The translations under genes were made by a program, and so were the position numbers. This document shows positions 38,271 to 48,400 of a stretch of 64,000 nucleotides of DNA, in pieces. The notes under the pieces were generated by a model. The model saw only the letters and a program-made list of their open reading frames with translations, had not been told where the DNA came from and searched no databases. Position 1 is the first letter of the stretch, and each line of letters starts with the position of its first letter. Origin of the DNA: Candidatus Melainabacteria bacterium 17Bon1m (GTDB lineage Bacteria; Cyanobacteriota; Vampirovibrionia; Obscuribacterales; Obscuribacteraceae); assembly GCA_032128875.1 (NCBI GenBank), contig JAVLKG010000003.1, positions 193,008-257,007 on the forward strand. The letters run 5' to 3'.

Positions 38271-38573
38271 CTAGCGATACAAGTATGGAATTTCCAGCTC
38301 AGGAGTTTGAACTTGAGACTTCGGTCCACCATCACGCTGAACTTTGATCAAATTACCTTGCTCGTCTTGTTTGAACAAAATTGGATCGCACTTCATCGAA
38401 TATTCAGCTGAAGAGCCGCCCTTTTGAAAGCCTTCTTTCATTTTTAGGTTGAAGTTGGCAGTGGATTTGTCACACATCAGATCTGCTACTTGGTTGCTGA
38501 TTGCCATTGCATCTTCTGGTATGGCAGACACCCCAAGAGCGCATTTTTTCTCGTTGAATTCTAAGTGTTTCAT
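38271..38573 (-). CDS. Small hypothetical protein (100 aa)
   Basis: AAGGAA SD before ATG 38573; short gap to the next minus-strand gene. Confidence 0.65.
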   Translation of the reverse strand: MKHLEFNEKKCALGVSAIPEDAMAISNQVADLMCDKSTANFNLKMKEGFQKGGSSAEYSMKCDPILFKQDEQGNLIKVQRDGGPKSQVQTPELEIPYLYR

Positions 38574-38739
38574 TGTTATTTCCTTTATCAGTGTTTGATG
38601 AGCGTGCTTAGTGCGCATGGCGGGGTGTCGCGCACATGCTGCGGTGCATTGGGTTTTGAAGTCTTACTATCGAGCTATCGAAGGAGCGAACGGAGGATGT
38701 GCCTCCAAGCTTGATTGCGTTTAATCCAGCTGTACATGC

Positions 38740-38772
38740 AATTTACGATCCGTTTCTGACATGAACTTGACA
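38740..38772 (-). promoter_or_regulatory. Tandem-box promoter, copy 4
   Basis: Minus strand TGTCA agttca TGTCA + 11 nt + TAAATT. Confidence 0.75.
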
Positions 38773-39098
38773 CGGCTTGTCGGAAACGCGCGGAGGCTGA
38801 GCGTAGCAGCAAACCGTTGAAGTCGGACGAGAGAAGGGCGCCGAGGAGGCGTCCGTAGCGAGTAGAGGTAGCGCGCGGAAGATGAGCGTAGCGAATCTGG
38901 AGCGCTTATATAATGTCCAAAAGCGCCTAGCTGCATGCAGCCAGACGCTTATGAATGATCCCCGAAAGTTGGTTTTTTGTTTGGTAGGCGCAATCGCGCG
39001 CCTCGTGTAGAGCACCACAAATTTTGGTGCCATTACATATGGTGCCTCGTTTTGTCTAAGTTAGAATGGGGCTTAGTTGCCGAGGTAAGTGCAAGTTC

Positions 39099-39395
39099 TT
39101 AGTCGAGGGGGTGCCAGGCTCCATAACGGTCGCCCATCCAAAGTGAGCTATTCGCTGCGCGGACCATCGTGTAAGAGTCGAGATGGCGGACAAGGGCTCC
39201 AGAATCATAAGAGGCTGCTTTGATCTTGCCGGCTTCATCCTGTTCTACGAACAACTCTTGCATTCGCACTGCATTCGCCGTGTTCAGGTCGAGCGAATAC
39301 CTTTTATATTCTTGCGACTGCGGAGGGACAAAACTCAAGCTGCTGTGTTGAGAAGTTTCCGTATTGCTTGAGTGAATGTCGTTGGAATGAAACAT
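39099..39395 (-). CDS. Small hypothetical protein (98 aa)
   Basis: GAGAGG SD; lies downstream of promoter copy 5. Confidence 0.6.
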   Translation of the reverse strand: MFHSNDIHSSNTETSQHSSLSFVPPQSQEYKRYSLDLNTANAVRMQELFVEQDEAGKIKAASYDSGALVRHLDSYTMVRAANSSLWMGDRYGAWHPLD

Positions 39396-39565
39396 CGGGC
39401 TGCCTCTCGGGGTTCTTAAAAACTGGGGGGCTGTTGTTGGTATTTAATCGACTAATTGTTTCCGAGCCGTTAAACGCGTCTTGATGCACTCCAATCAATG
39501 CAACGCCTAGCTTCGCGGCTTGCGAGCGTTTATCAATTGGTGCGCTATCGGTTTTGGACACCCTT

Positions 39566-39598
39566 AACGTATCAAATGAATTTGACATTGAGATGACA
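39566..39598 (-). promoter_or_regulatory. Tandem-box promoter, copy 5
   Basis: Minus strand TGTCA tctcaa TGTCA + 11 nt + TACGTT. Confidence 0.72.
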
Positions 39599-39705
39599 TA
39601 GGTAAAAACGCCACCAGCGCCAGAATTCTTTGAGCTTTTGGTCGGACGAGCAATAAAAATGAAACAACCGGCGATTACATTTAGCCTATTACTAGGATTC
39701 ATGCC

Positions 39706-41172
39706 ATGCCCTCAACTCACCGAGCGAACGATAATGTCGCGCCAGGCGGCGATAACTATAGAGCTCCAAACCGTTTGGAGACCGAAGGTGTCGGCTACAT
39801 CTCCGGTGGCTGAGGCGGCGGTGGCTGCCGCCCACCAGGTGGTGGGTCCGAAGTTCCAAGAGGTTCGTTGCCCGGTCTGGAGATAAGCCAGGGCACGATT
39901 AATCCGGAAGCGAATCAGACTTGGTTTGGACCTGACGGTGAGATCAAGTATGGAACTGCCATCGAGAAAGCTCAATTCGACGCAACTGTAGGCGTCCAGG
40001 GTTCTGAGAAAGCAAAGAAAGCGAAAGCAGGGAAGCCCGAAGGCGCCGCGGATGAGAAAGAAGCCGAAGGCGATGGCAAAAACGGCGAAACCGCCACTGA
40101 AAAGTCTGAAGAAGAGAAGCTCCAAGATGCATTGAAAGCCGCTTACGATAGGGGTGTTCCTGCGGTCGTCGCATTTGGTTCGCAATCTGCCAAAGATACT
40201 GAAAAACTTCTTGGCACTCTCGACCAAAACATGAAAAATGGGAAAGCAGACTTTATATATGCCGACACGGACAAGCTTGACCCCAATTCAGAACTGGGGC
40301 AAGTCGCTCGTCGCAGCGAAGAAAAGGGACAGGGGCTTGGTGCTGATGGAAAGGCAGACCTGGCTTTCACTGGCGTCTATAAAGTCGAAAAGGGCGCAGA
40401 CGGCAAGTACCACATTGGAAATTCTGTAGCTACTTTCTGGGGCGGTCGCCCGGAAATCGCCGGAATCATGAATGATCAACTCAAGTATGCGTCGCGCGAT
40501 GTTTCTGAGGGCAACGGCTCTGATGTAAGACCTGCACCGGGAGCCGATGTTCGCCCACCTGGTGGAGACGGTGGTAACGGCTCTTCCAATGGAGAACGTC
40601 CAGCAATTGAACCTCCAAAGACAGAAGAAGAAAAAGCGGCCGCAGAAGAAAAGGCAAAAGCAGAAGCTGCTGAAAGAGCAAAAGCCACTGAAGAGAAAGC
40701 CGCGAAAGAGGCTGCTGAAGCCGAACGCGTAAAACAGTTTTCCGACAAACCTTATTCTATGGACCAGTATAAGGAAGGTTGGGGCCGAGCTTTAGATCGT
40801 GCTGGAATGGAAGCCGGACCTATGAGGGATGCTGTCGATAAGCTCGGTCAACAAGTGTTATCCGGTCAATTAGATGGAAAAGAAATTGCTGGGCTAATGG
40901 GTCAGTTAGAAGGGCTAGAGCGTGGAGAGGCAGCCCAGATGCTGGCTGGTGTAAATCAAGAACTGAAAGATCGTGGTGTTGCGATCAGTGCCACGGTCAA
41001 AGACGGCAAGATTCAATCTATGGAAATGCGCGCTGATAATGGAAACGTTTTGGTGCGTGTCGATCAAAATGGCAACGTGACTGCCACCAACAAGGGAAGT
41101 GCAAATCCGGAAAGCCCTGAACAAATTTCTCTGCGTCTGGCTAAGAAAATTGAGCCGGACGCATGCCCCTGA
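39706..41172 (+). CDS. Hypothetical protein with degenerate thioredoxin-like segment; one in-frame TGA at 39811-39813
   Basis: AGGA SD 8 nt before ATG 39706, in frame with ORF 39868-41172; AAYDRGVPAVVAFGSQSAKD...FIYADTD lacks CxxC. Confidence 0.6.
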
Positions 41173-41299
41173 AACGGCTAGCGACACTTGAAACCGTGCG
41201 TTTCAATAACTAATTTCAAATGAATTATCTTAGACTACCAACGAAGTTTTGCCTTCGCTTGGCGCTAAGGGGTGGGAAGAGTAGAGCATCGTGCGCCTC

Positions 41300-41848
41300 T
41301 CAAGAAAATAGCCGTTCTGCGGTTGCCCAGTAAAGGCACTCTTCGGCATTGCAACGCATAGCATAGTCAACCATCTCTGCAAGTTCTGGGGGAACCAAGC
41401 TTATCAGTTTGCCCTCGCCACAATAAGCAGGGAAATACATTAGCCAAGTATCCCACGGAGGAATATTCTCCAGATCGAAGTATCCGTTACTGACTGAGGC
41501 TGCTGCGCCATCTGAAAGGTTTGTCCCCGGAAGATACACAAGAAATTTGTGGGTTGTATCGTTTACAGAGGCTGTCGCTGGATGTCCGCCCGCATCGGCA
41601 AGGAGTTTCGCACGACGATCTGACAGAGTATCCACCCACGATCGTCGACTATCTTCATTAGCACGTAACTGATTCCAATCAGAGGCAGAACGCGTTACAT
41701 CCCAGGACGGTGCCCAGTCAAATGGTACTGGTGGTGTGCCAAACTCGATGCTCCTCAGGCTGTTGTGCAAATCGTTAACCGAGAGACGCATAGCGCACCA
41801 CTCTCGAGTTTCTGCAACTCGCTGCCAAAATACTTGTTCACTACCCAT
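41300..41848 (-). CDS. Hypothetical protein
   Basis: 182-aa ORF with NLSDGAA...GYFDLENIPPWDTW motif-like stretch. Confidence 0.7.
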   Translation of the reverse strand: MGSEQVFWQRVAETREWCAMRLSVNDLHNSLRSIEFGTPPVPFDWAPSWDVTRSASDWNQLRANEDSRRSWVDTLSDRRAKLLADAGGHPATASVNDTTHKFLVYLPGTNLSDGAAASVSNGYFDLENIPPWDTWLMYFPAYCGEGKLISLVPPELAEMVDYAMRCNAEECLYWATAERLFS

Positions 41849-41962
41849 GTATCATTACTCAGAATCTCGGCTTTGATAAGTTTTGGCTTGCCCGATAGCG
41901 CTGTTGAGATTGATAGAACAAGAGCTTTTAAATCAATCAAAATGATGTTTCGCTTGATGAAT

Positions 41963-43408
41963 TCAGTTCGCCTTCGAGCACGCCACGTCGCGGACTTGTC
42001 CCTTAAGGACGGGAACTAATTTCTCGTCGATCATTTTTTCCGCTTTCTTCAAATCAATCTCTTCTGCACTTTTGATGCCTTTGCAGAGTTCTCCGACAAT
42101 TTCATCAATGATGACGCCTGCGTCGCGACACACAGAATAGGGTGTGTGCGTGAAGGTAACAAGCGCATAGCGAGATGCAAACTTGTCGGGGAAGTTTTTC
42201 TCCAACACTTTTTCTGCGGCTTTCTGAAGCAAGAATTCTGGTTGCCCTACTTTGTCGCGCATTTCGATGAAGTTTTCGATTGCCATTTGCGCAATCGCAT
42301 CGGCATTAGGTTTTCTCGACTCGTCGAATTCGAGAAAGAGAGCTTCCCAATCCAAAACATCATCAGGCTGCAAATATTTTGTCAGCAAATCTTCGAATAC
42401 GGTAAGGTCTTCGAACGCGCAGTTGGCACCTTGTCCGAAGAATGGCACGATTGCGTGAGCGGCGTCACCGACTAGAAGAACTCTGTCTTTGTAGTGCCAT
42501 GGTTTTGTCGTAACGGTGACCATGCTGCCGGTGGGGTTGTGGAAGAAAGTTTCTTCCGGTTTGTCGAACATTCCATAGGCGTCTGCAAAGTCTGTTTTGA
42601 AGAAGTTGCTGACGGCGTGCTCGTCTTTGAGTTTTTCAAAACACGGCGAGCCGTTGATGGATTCATAGGGAAGGAAGAGTGTGCAGGTGAAACTGCCATC
42701 GAAGTTAGGCAGGGCGATGATCATATAAAGCCCGCGCGGCCAGATGTGGAGAACGTTCTTCTCCATGGCAAATTTGCCGTCTTCGAGAGGCAATACAGCG
42801 AGTTCTTTGTATCCGTAATTCAAATAGTCTTGCTTGCACGGATAGCCGGCTTTCTCTGTCATCGTTTCGCGAATCTGTGATGCAGAGCCGTCAGTGCCGA
42901 TGATGAGGTCGAATGTTTCTTCGTGCTGAGTTTTGTCTTCTTCGTTTTGGATTGTAAGTGTGTTTGTTTCCAAATCGATATTTGTAACGCGCTGGTTGAA
43001 TTTAATTGTCACTGCACCGGCTTTCTCCGCAGCGGTCATGAGGGTTTTGTTCAACTCCCCGCGTGAGACTGAATTGCCAAATTCTGAATCATCTCGACCG
43101 TAAGGTTGATAGGTTGTTTCTCCCGTTCTCGAATGCATTAGACGTCCCATCATGGGCACTGAGTCCTTGAGAATTGTTGCTTCCAGCCCTGCTTTCTGAA
43201 GCGCTCGCAGTCCCCGACGCGTGATGTTCAAGTTGATCGAACGTCCCGCGCTGATTTCCGCGACACGCATATCAGGACGTCTTTCGAGCATGGTAACTTT
43301 CATGCCGCGGCGAGCTAGGAAGACCGCCAAAAGCGAGCCTGTAAGGCCGGCACCGACAACGCAGACGTGTGTGTCGGACAATTTCTTCGTGAGTTTTTTA
43401 AGTGACAT
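41963..43408 (-). CDS. kmo: Kynurenine 3-monooxygenase
   Basis: VGAGLTG, GRSINL, LHIWPRG..M.IALPN.DGSFTCTLF, GDAAHAIVPFFGQG. Confidence 0.95.
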   Translation of the reverse strand: MSLKKLTKKLSDTHVCVVGAGLTGSLLAVFLARRGMKVTMLERRPDMRVAEISAGRSINLNITRRGLRALQKAGLEATILKDSVPMMGRLMHSRTGETTYQPYGRDDSEFGNSVSRGELNKTLMTAAEKAGAVTIKFNQRVTNIDLETNTLTIQNEEDKTQHEETFDLIIGTDGSASQIRETMTEKAGYPCKQDYLNYGYKELAVLPLEDGKFAMEKNVLHIWPRGLYMIIALPNFDGSFTCTLFLPYESINGSPCFEKLKDEHAVSNFFKTDFADAYGMFDKPEETFFHNPTGSMVTVTTKPWHYKDRVLLVGDAAHAIVPFFGQGANCAFEDLTVFEDLLTKYLQPDDVLDWEALFLEFDESRKPNADAIAQMAIENFIEMRDKVGQPEFLLQKAAEKVLEKNFPDKFASRYALVTFTHTPYSVCRDAGVIIDEIVGELCKGIKSAEEIDLKKAEKMIDEKLVPVLKGQVRDVACSKAN

Positions 43409-44714
43409 GCTCGCCTACTGCTTTTGCAAAGTGGTATACATCTTCGAAGGTGTTGTACATCGGTGTTGGTGCGGCCCGCATAATGTCGGGCTCGCGGAAA
43501 TCGCAAATGACGCCCTTTTCGCCAAGTTTTTTGACGAAGTCTTTTGGCTGTGTTTTCAGTTTGATCGAAAGTTGCGAACCTCTTTGTGCAATATCTTGCG
43601 GCGTGATGACTTTGAAAAAGTCACCGCCAATATCGCTCAGCAAGAATTCCAAATATGCTGTGAGCACATCTCCTTTGCGCCGGAGATTAGCCATTCCAGC
43701 CTTGTCGAATAGTTCCATTGAAGCGCGCAATGCTGCCAATTGAAAAATGGGCGGGTTGCTCAGTTGCCAGCCTTCGGCACCAGGGATAGGGTCAAAAGTT
43801 GGTCCCATTTGGAAGCGAGTCTTCTTGTCGTGCCCCCACCAACCGGCAAATCTAGGCAGCGAAGTGTCTCTCGAATGCCGCTCGTGGACAAAACATCCGG
43901 CAAGTGAACCAGGACCGGAGTTGAGATATTTGTAGCTGCACCACATCGCAAAATCGACATCGTCGTCGTGCAATTTTAGATGCAGATTGCCTGCGCCGTG
44001 CGCTAAATTGAAACCAGCTAATGCGCCGACCGAATGCGCTTTCGCAGCAATCGCCTTCATGTCGAATGCTTGACCGGTCAAGTAATTGACGTTGCCCAGC
44101 ATGACGAGTGCAAGTGATTGGCCTTCCTTTTCGATCGCCTGCAAAATGTCCTCGGGGCGTAGCGTATACTCCCCGTCGCGCGGCTTCAGTGCGACGACAG
44201 CGGTGCTCGGATCGAAGCCGTGAAATTTTGCTTGCGAATCTACAGCGTATCTATCAGATGGAAATGCATCTGCTTCGATGATGATTTTGTAGCGTTCTTT
44301 TGTAGGGCGATAAAAGGAAACCATCATCAAGTGCAGGTTTACCGTGAGGGTGTTCATGATCACCACCTCAATCGGTTTGGCACCAACCAATCGAGCTGCC
44401 ATTTCAGTCAAGTTTTCGTGGTATGGCAACCAGGGGTGACGAGCATCCCAATGCCCTTCAACGCCGTGCTTAGCCCAATCATCGAGTTCTGCGCCTATGT
44501 ATTCACGCACTCGCACCGGCTGCAAGCCCAAAGAGTTTCCCGCCATGTAAATCCATTCCTTGCCGTCTTTGGTCTTCGGAATCAGATATTCTTTGCGAAA
44601 CTCCGCGAGTTCGTCCTTCTTATCCAGACTGCGAGCAAATTCCAAATCGTTCTTGAATTGATGCTTTGAAATAGTTTCGGACGATTCTGCTAATTCTGCT
44701 CGCTGACTAGACAT
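43398..44714 (-). CDS. kynU: Kynureninase
   Basis: GNSLGLQP, MNTLTVNLHL, FPSD, WCSYKYLNSGPG, GWWGH; probable start MSSQ at 44714. Confidence 0.95.
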   Translation of the reverse strand: MSSQRAELAESSETISKHQFKNDLEFARSLDKKDELAEFRKEYLIPKTKDGKEWIYMAGNSLGLQPVRVREYIGAELDDWAKHGVEGHWDARHPWLPYHENLTEMAARLVGAKPIEVVIMNTLTVNLHLMMVSFYRPTKERYKIIIEADAFPSDRYAVDSQAKFHGFDPSTAVVALKPRDGEYTLRPEDILQAIEKEGQSLALVMLGNVNYLTGQAFDMKAIAAKAHSVGALAGFNLAHGAGNLHLKLHDDDVDFAMWCSYKYLNSGPGSLAGCFVHERHSRDTSLPRFAGWWGHDKKTRFQMGPTFDPIPGAEGWQLSNPPIFQLAALRASMELFDKAGMANLRRKGDVLTAYLEFLLSDIGGDFFKVITPQDIAQRGSQLSIKLKTQPKDFVKKLGEKGVICDFREPDIMRAAPTPMYNTFEDVYHFAKAVGEHVT

Positions 44715-44749
44715 CTGTTTGCTCCGTCTCGGCGTGTATAAGTGTCGTC

Positions 44750-45265
44750 CTATTTGCTCGGCGCTTTCGTCTTCGTGCCGCACTTTTTGCAAGTGGAGTG
44801 ATCGCTGTTGTAGAAGCGATCGAAGATCGGCGGAAACTGTTTGACAATATCAGTCAGATGAAAGTGCTCCTCGTAGAGCTTTTCATCGCAGTTTTCACAA
44901 AGCCAGACAAAACCGTCTTGCTCCCCTTCAGCGCGCTTTCTCTCAATAACAAGTCCGACAGTGTTGGCAGGGCGGCGCGGAGAGTGCGGCATATTGGCTG
45001 GGAGGAGAAAAATCTCCCCTTCTTTTATCGGAACATCCTTTGGCTTGCCGTCTTCGATGACGCGCAAGACGATGTCGCCTTCGATTTGATAAAAGAATTC
45101 CTCTCCCGAGTTAACGTGATAATCGGTGCGGCTATTCGGACCTCCGACCACCATGATGATAAACTCGCGGTCTTCCCAAACCAGTTTGTTACCGACTGGC
45201 GGTTTTAACTGGCTGCGATTCTCTTCGATCCAAGATTTAAAATTTAGCGGCATAAGCGCGGGCAT
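44750..45265 (-). CDS. nbaC: 3-hydroxyanthranilate 3,4-dioxygenase
   Basis: LKPPVGN, VGGPNSRTDYH, EEFFYQ, PHSP, rubredoxin-like CENC/CKKC. Confidence 0.95.
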   Translation of the reverse strand: MPALMPLNFKSWIEENRSQLKPPVGNKLVWEDREFIIMVVGGPNSRTDYHVNSGEEFFYQIEGDIVLRVIEDGKPKDVPIKEGEIFLLPANMPHSPRRPANTVGLVIERKRAEGEQDGFVWLCENCDEKLYEEHFHLTDIVKQFPPIFDRFYNSDHSTCKKCGTKTKAPSK

Positions 45266-45490
45266 CGCTCTGTTTTCTCCCTGTTGGAAAGGTGACTAGA
45301 TCAGGCGTTTGCGAGCCAAGCCTGTAGTTTCCCGTACTTGAATTAGCGTGTCAAAGGCGATTTATCTGACGCCGGGTTGTGCAAATCCGGCATACAGTAT
45401 GAGAAGAACCGATATCTAATGGGTTTATTTAGGGTAATAAGAGCTAAGGAGCTAGTTATTAGGGCCGTTAGAGTCCTTAACATTTGGTAG

Positions 45491-48400
45491 ATGACTGATT
45501 CGGGACACATGCAAGATTCTGGAGCCGGAGGTGGCGGAGACGTCGTCCGGCTGATTACTCAGGCGCGCGCGTCTATGAAAGCGCGGGATTACGAAGCTGC
45601 CAAGGCTGGGTTCAAAAACATTTATGACTTCTTGAGCCGGCGAGGGCTGGGCGAAGGGTTGGAGGCGATGGAATGCCTCGCGGACCTTGGCGCCAGCCAT
45701 ATGGCTCTTAAGGAGTATGACTCCGCGCTTTCGGAATACGCGCGCTTGGCTTCGATTATGGAGCGTAATCTTGGTGAGGCGAATGCCGAGTTGCGGCAAC
45801 ACTTGCGTCGATACGCACAAGCTTGTGATGTCGCCGGCAAGGTTAATGAGGCGAAACAGCTTTACAGCCGCGCTAATGACCTTGAGCGACGCTATGGCGC
45901 CGTGCCGGCAAGAAGCAATGCAGGCAGTCTGACTGGACGTTCGCAGTCCGGAGCACAGAGTGCGCTATCGCAAGAGGCAGCCTCTGGCGGCGGTTCGACC
46001 TTCGCTGAGGCTATTCAAGATGCTGTGGCTCGCTCTATGGCAAAGCTCGACAACCGAGCTAAGCCTTTCGATCCGGCTACATCTCAGCCACCTAAGCAGG
46101 CCCCGCTGGGACCGCGTCCGTTTGTTTCCTCTCCGCTTCCGCCCTCGCCTTTCCAGAATCTTGTCAGTGAGGTGACGAAACCCAGAGATGCTGGCGGAGC
46201 CGGTCACTCAGGTGGTGGTGTCCCCGGGCAATCCCAGGGGCAGACGCCACTTCAGCCGCAAGGGCAAATGCAGCAGCAGGGGCAAATGCAACCGCAAGGG
46301 CAAATGCAACCGCAAGGACAAAGTCAATCTGAGGCGCAAGGGCAGGCTCAAGGGCAGGGGCAAACTTCGCCGCAGCCGCAAGGTCAGAATGCCGCGCAGC
46401 CGCTTATGCCGCAGGGTTTTACAGGGTCGCCTGCGATGCCGCAGGATGTGGCGATTCCAGCCTTCAAAGTCCCGAGAGAACTTTCCGATAGTCAATTTAT
46501 CTATCGACCCAAAGGCAATGCGGGTCGGCAAACTGGTGACCAGTCCAGCACTAGCACCGGTGGACATTCCGCCACTTCAACCGGTGGACAGTCCGCCACT
46601 AGCACGGGCGGACATTCCGGCACCTCAACAGGTGGTAGTCAAAGCGGACTGGGCCCGACGAGTTCTGGTGGAATGCGAGTAAGCGGCGGGCAACCTGTCG
46701 CTCCGAAACCTCAAGCCAAGGCCGATCCTGAAGCGGTGCAACGCGCGATTGCTGAGCATACCGCTGCCAAACATGCTGCAGCGCAGCAAGCAGAACAACA
46801 AGCCGCTTCGGAGTTTTCATCTGGTTGGGCAGAGTCTGCGCGAAATAATTTTCCACAACAAGCCGAAGAACAAGCATCGTCTATCGTGCAGGAATCTGAG
46901 GTTCCTTGGGCAGACACGCAAGATGCGACTGCGGCCCCTGGCGTTGGTCAGAGTGGAACTCATTGGCGTGCGCCGCGTCAGCCAGGCACCACCAGTGGTG
47001 ATATGTCTTCGATCTCGCAAGATCGACCGATTATAGAAGAAGGCAACTTTGAGCCAATTTCCGGCGCTCGCCCTAATAATCATCAAAGTGTTGAAGAGAG
47101 CCTTGATAAAGTTTTTGGTCAAAATGCCGGACCCGAACAAGAGCGCGGCTCCAGCATTTATGCGGATCAACAAAGCGCGCATCAAGTTGGTCCCGGATCG
47201 GTTTCTGGTGAAGCTGGTAATTCCCCAGTTCGCCGCACCAACCCAAGTCTTAATTCATCGAAGCTAAGACAGATGCAAAACCGAGGCACTACACCAGAAC
47301 CAAGACCTGGTTTGCGCGAAGATGTCGAGGAAACCACCAGTGCTGAATCATTCAATACGTTGGCGCCACTAGGATATGATCCCGCCGACTATGATCCTTC
47401 TGTGCCGACTCATCCTTGGGCAGCTCCTGGTCAGGCGCCGCCCCCGTCGTCCGATGAGTCGCGACGTCCTGGTGCTAAACGCGCTACTGCGGAGTGGCAA
47501 GTTGACCCGGTCGACGACATACCAGAATCCAGTGTCGACATCGCCGATCCGCACCTGCCAACAGAAGCGCACCCAGACAGCGATTCATCAAAGGCGATGG
47601 CGCAGTGGGGCGTCACTATCAGCGATCAACCCGAAGAGCATTACCCACCTATTCGTCAGGACGATCGAAGACAAGGTCTGCAGCCTGTTGAAGAAGCAAC
47701 TCCTGCAGGCGTGCCAAAGCCTTTCGACAGGCGGCAAAAGCCAAAGTCGATGAAGAATTTGCGCAGTCGTTTTGGGCAAATAGACCCTGCGACAGAAGTT
47801 GATGATGCCGAGTTTGCGGAATCGGAAGTGATGAATCCGCACAGCGCTACGGGGCAACCGTTAGTCAGTCCTGTCGGTCCATACGAAGAAGACAGCCCAT
47901 TGGGCGAACCGCGCTCATTGCCGCCACAAACGCCTCCGCGCCGACTCGCCGACAATTCGATTTCCAACATGACACCACCGGAATTGCCACCCGATCAAAT
48001 GTTGACGCAATTGCCACCAGAAATGCCTCCACCGCCTCCTCCTTCTATGAAAGGGCGCGGTCCGCGTGGTTTGCTCGAAAGCAGTGGTTCTTTTGCAGAA
48101 GCAAGCCGGCAATCTGAGTTCGAGCCGCAAGTGCAGCAGGATCAAACGCCTTCTTTTGATGAAGGCGCGCCCGACGACAATAGACCGTCTTCGATGTTTT
48201 CGCGGTTGGTCAGCAAACGGCAGCATGATACTTCGCTACAAAACGCCAACCCGAGTTTTGCTTCAGATGAGCTTCAGGTGCCGCCGCGCATTCGCTCTAT
48301 GGTAGATGCTGCGCGCGCCAACATCAGTGACGGAAAGCACGCTGATGCCGCGCGGCTGATGCAGAAGGTGGTCAATGATTTGGCTGAGGGCGGCTTGAAG

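Noticed and set aside
38721-39033. 71-aa and 96-aa minus-strand ORFs
   Set aside because: Overlap promoter copy 4 and the direct repeats; no recognisable protein features
39811-39813. Alternative genetic code (TGA = Gly or Trp)
   Set aside because: Well-conserved genes end at TGA at the expected place (9900, 11285, 34471) and show no internal TGA
39638-39886. 82-aa ORF as a frameshifted N-terminus of 39868-41172
   Set aside because: The in-frame ATG 39706 has better SD spacing and matches the Gly/Pro composition of the downstream protein
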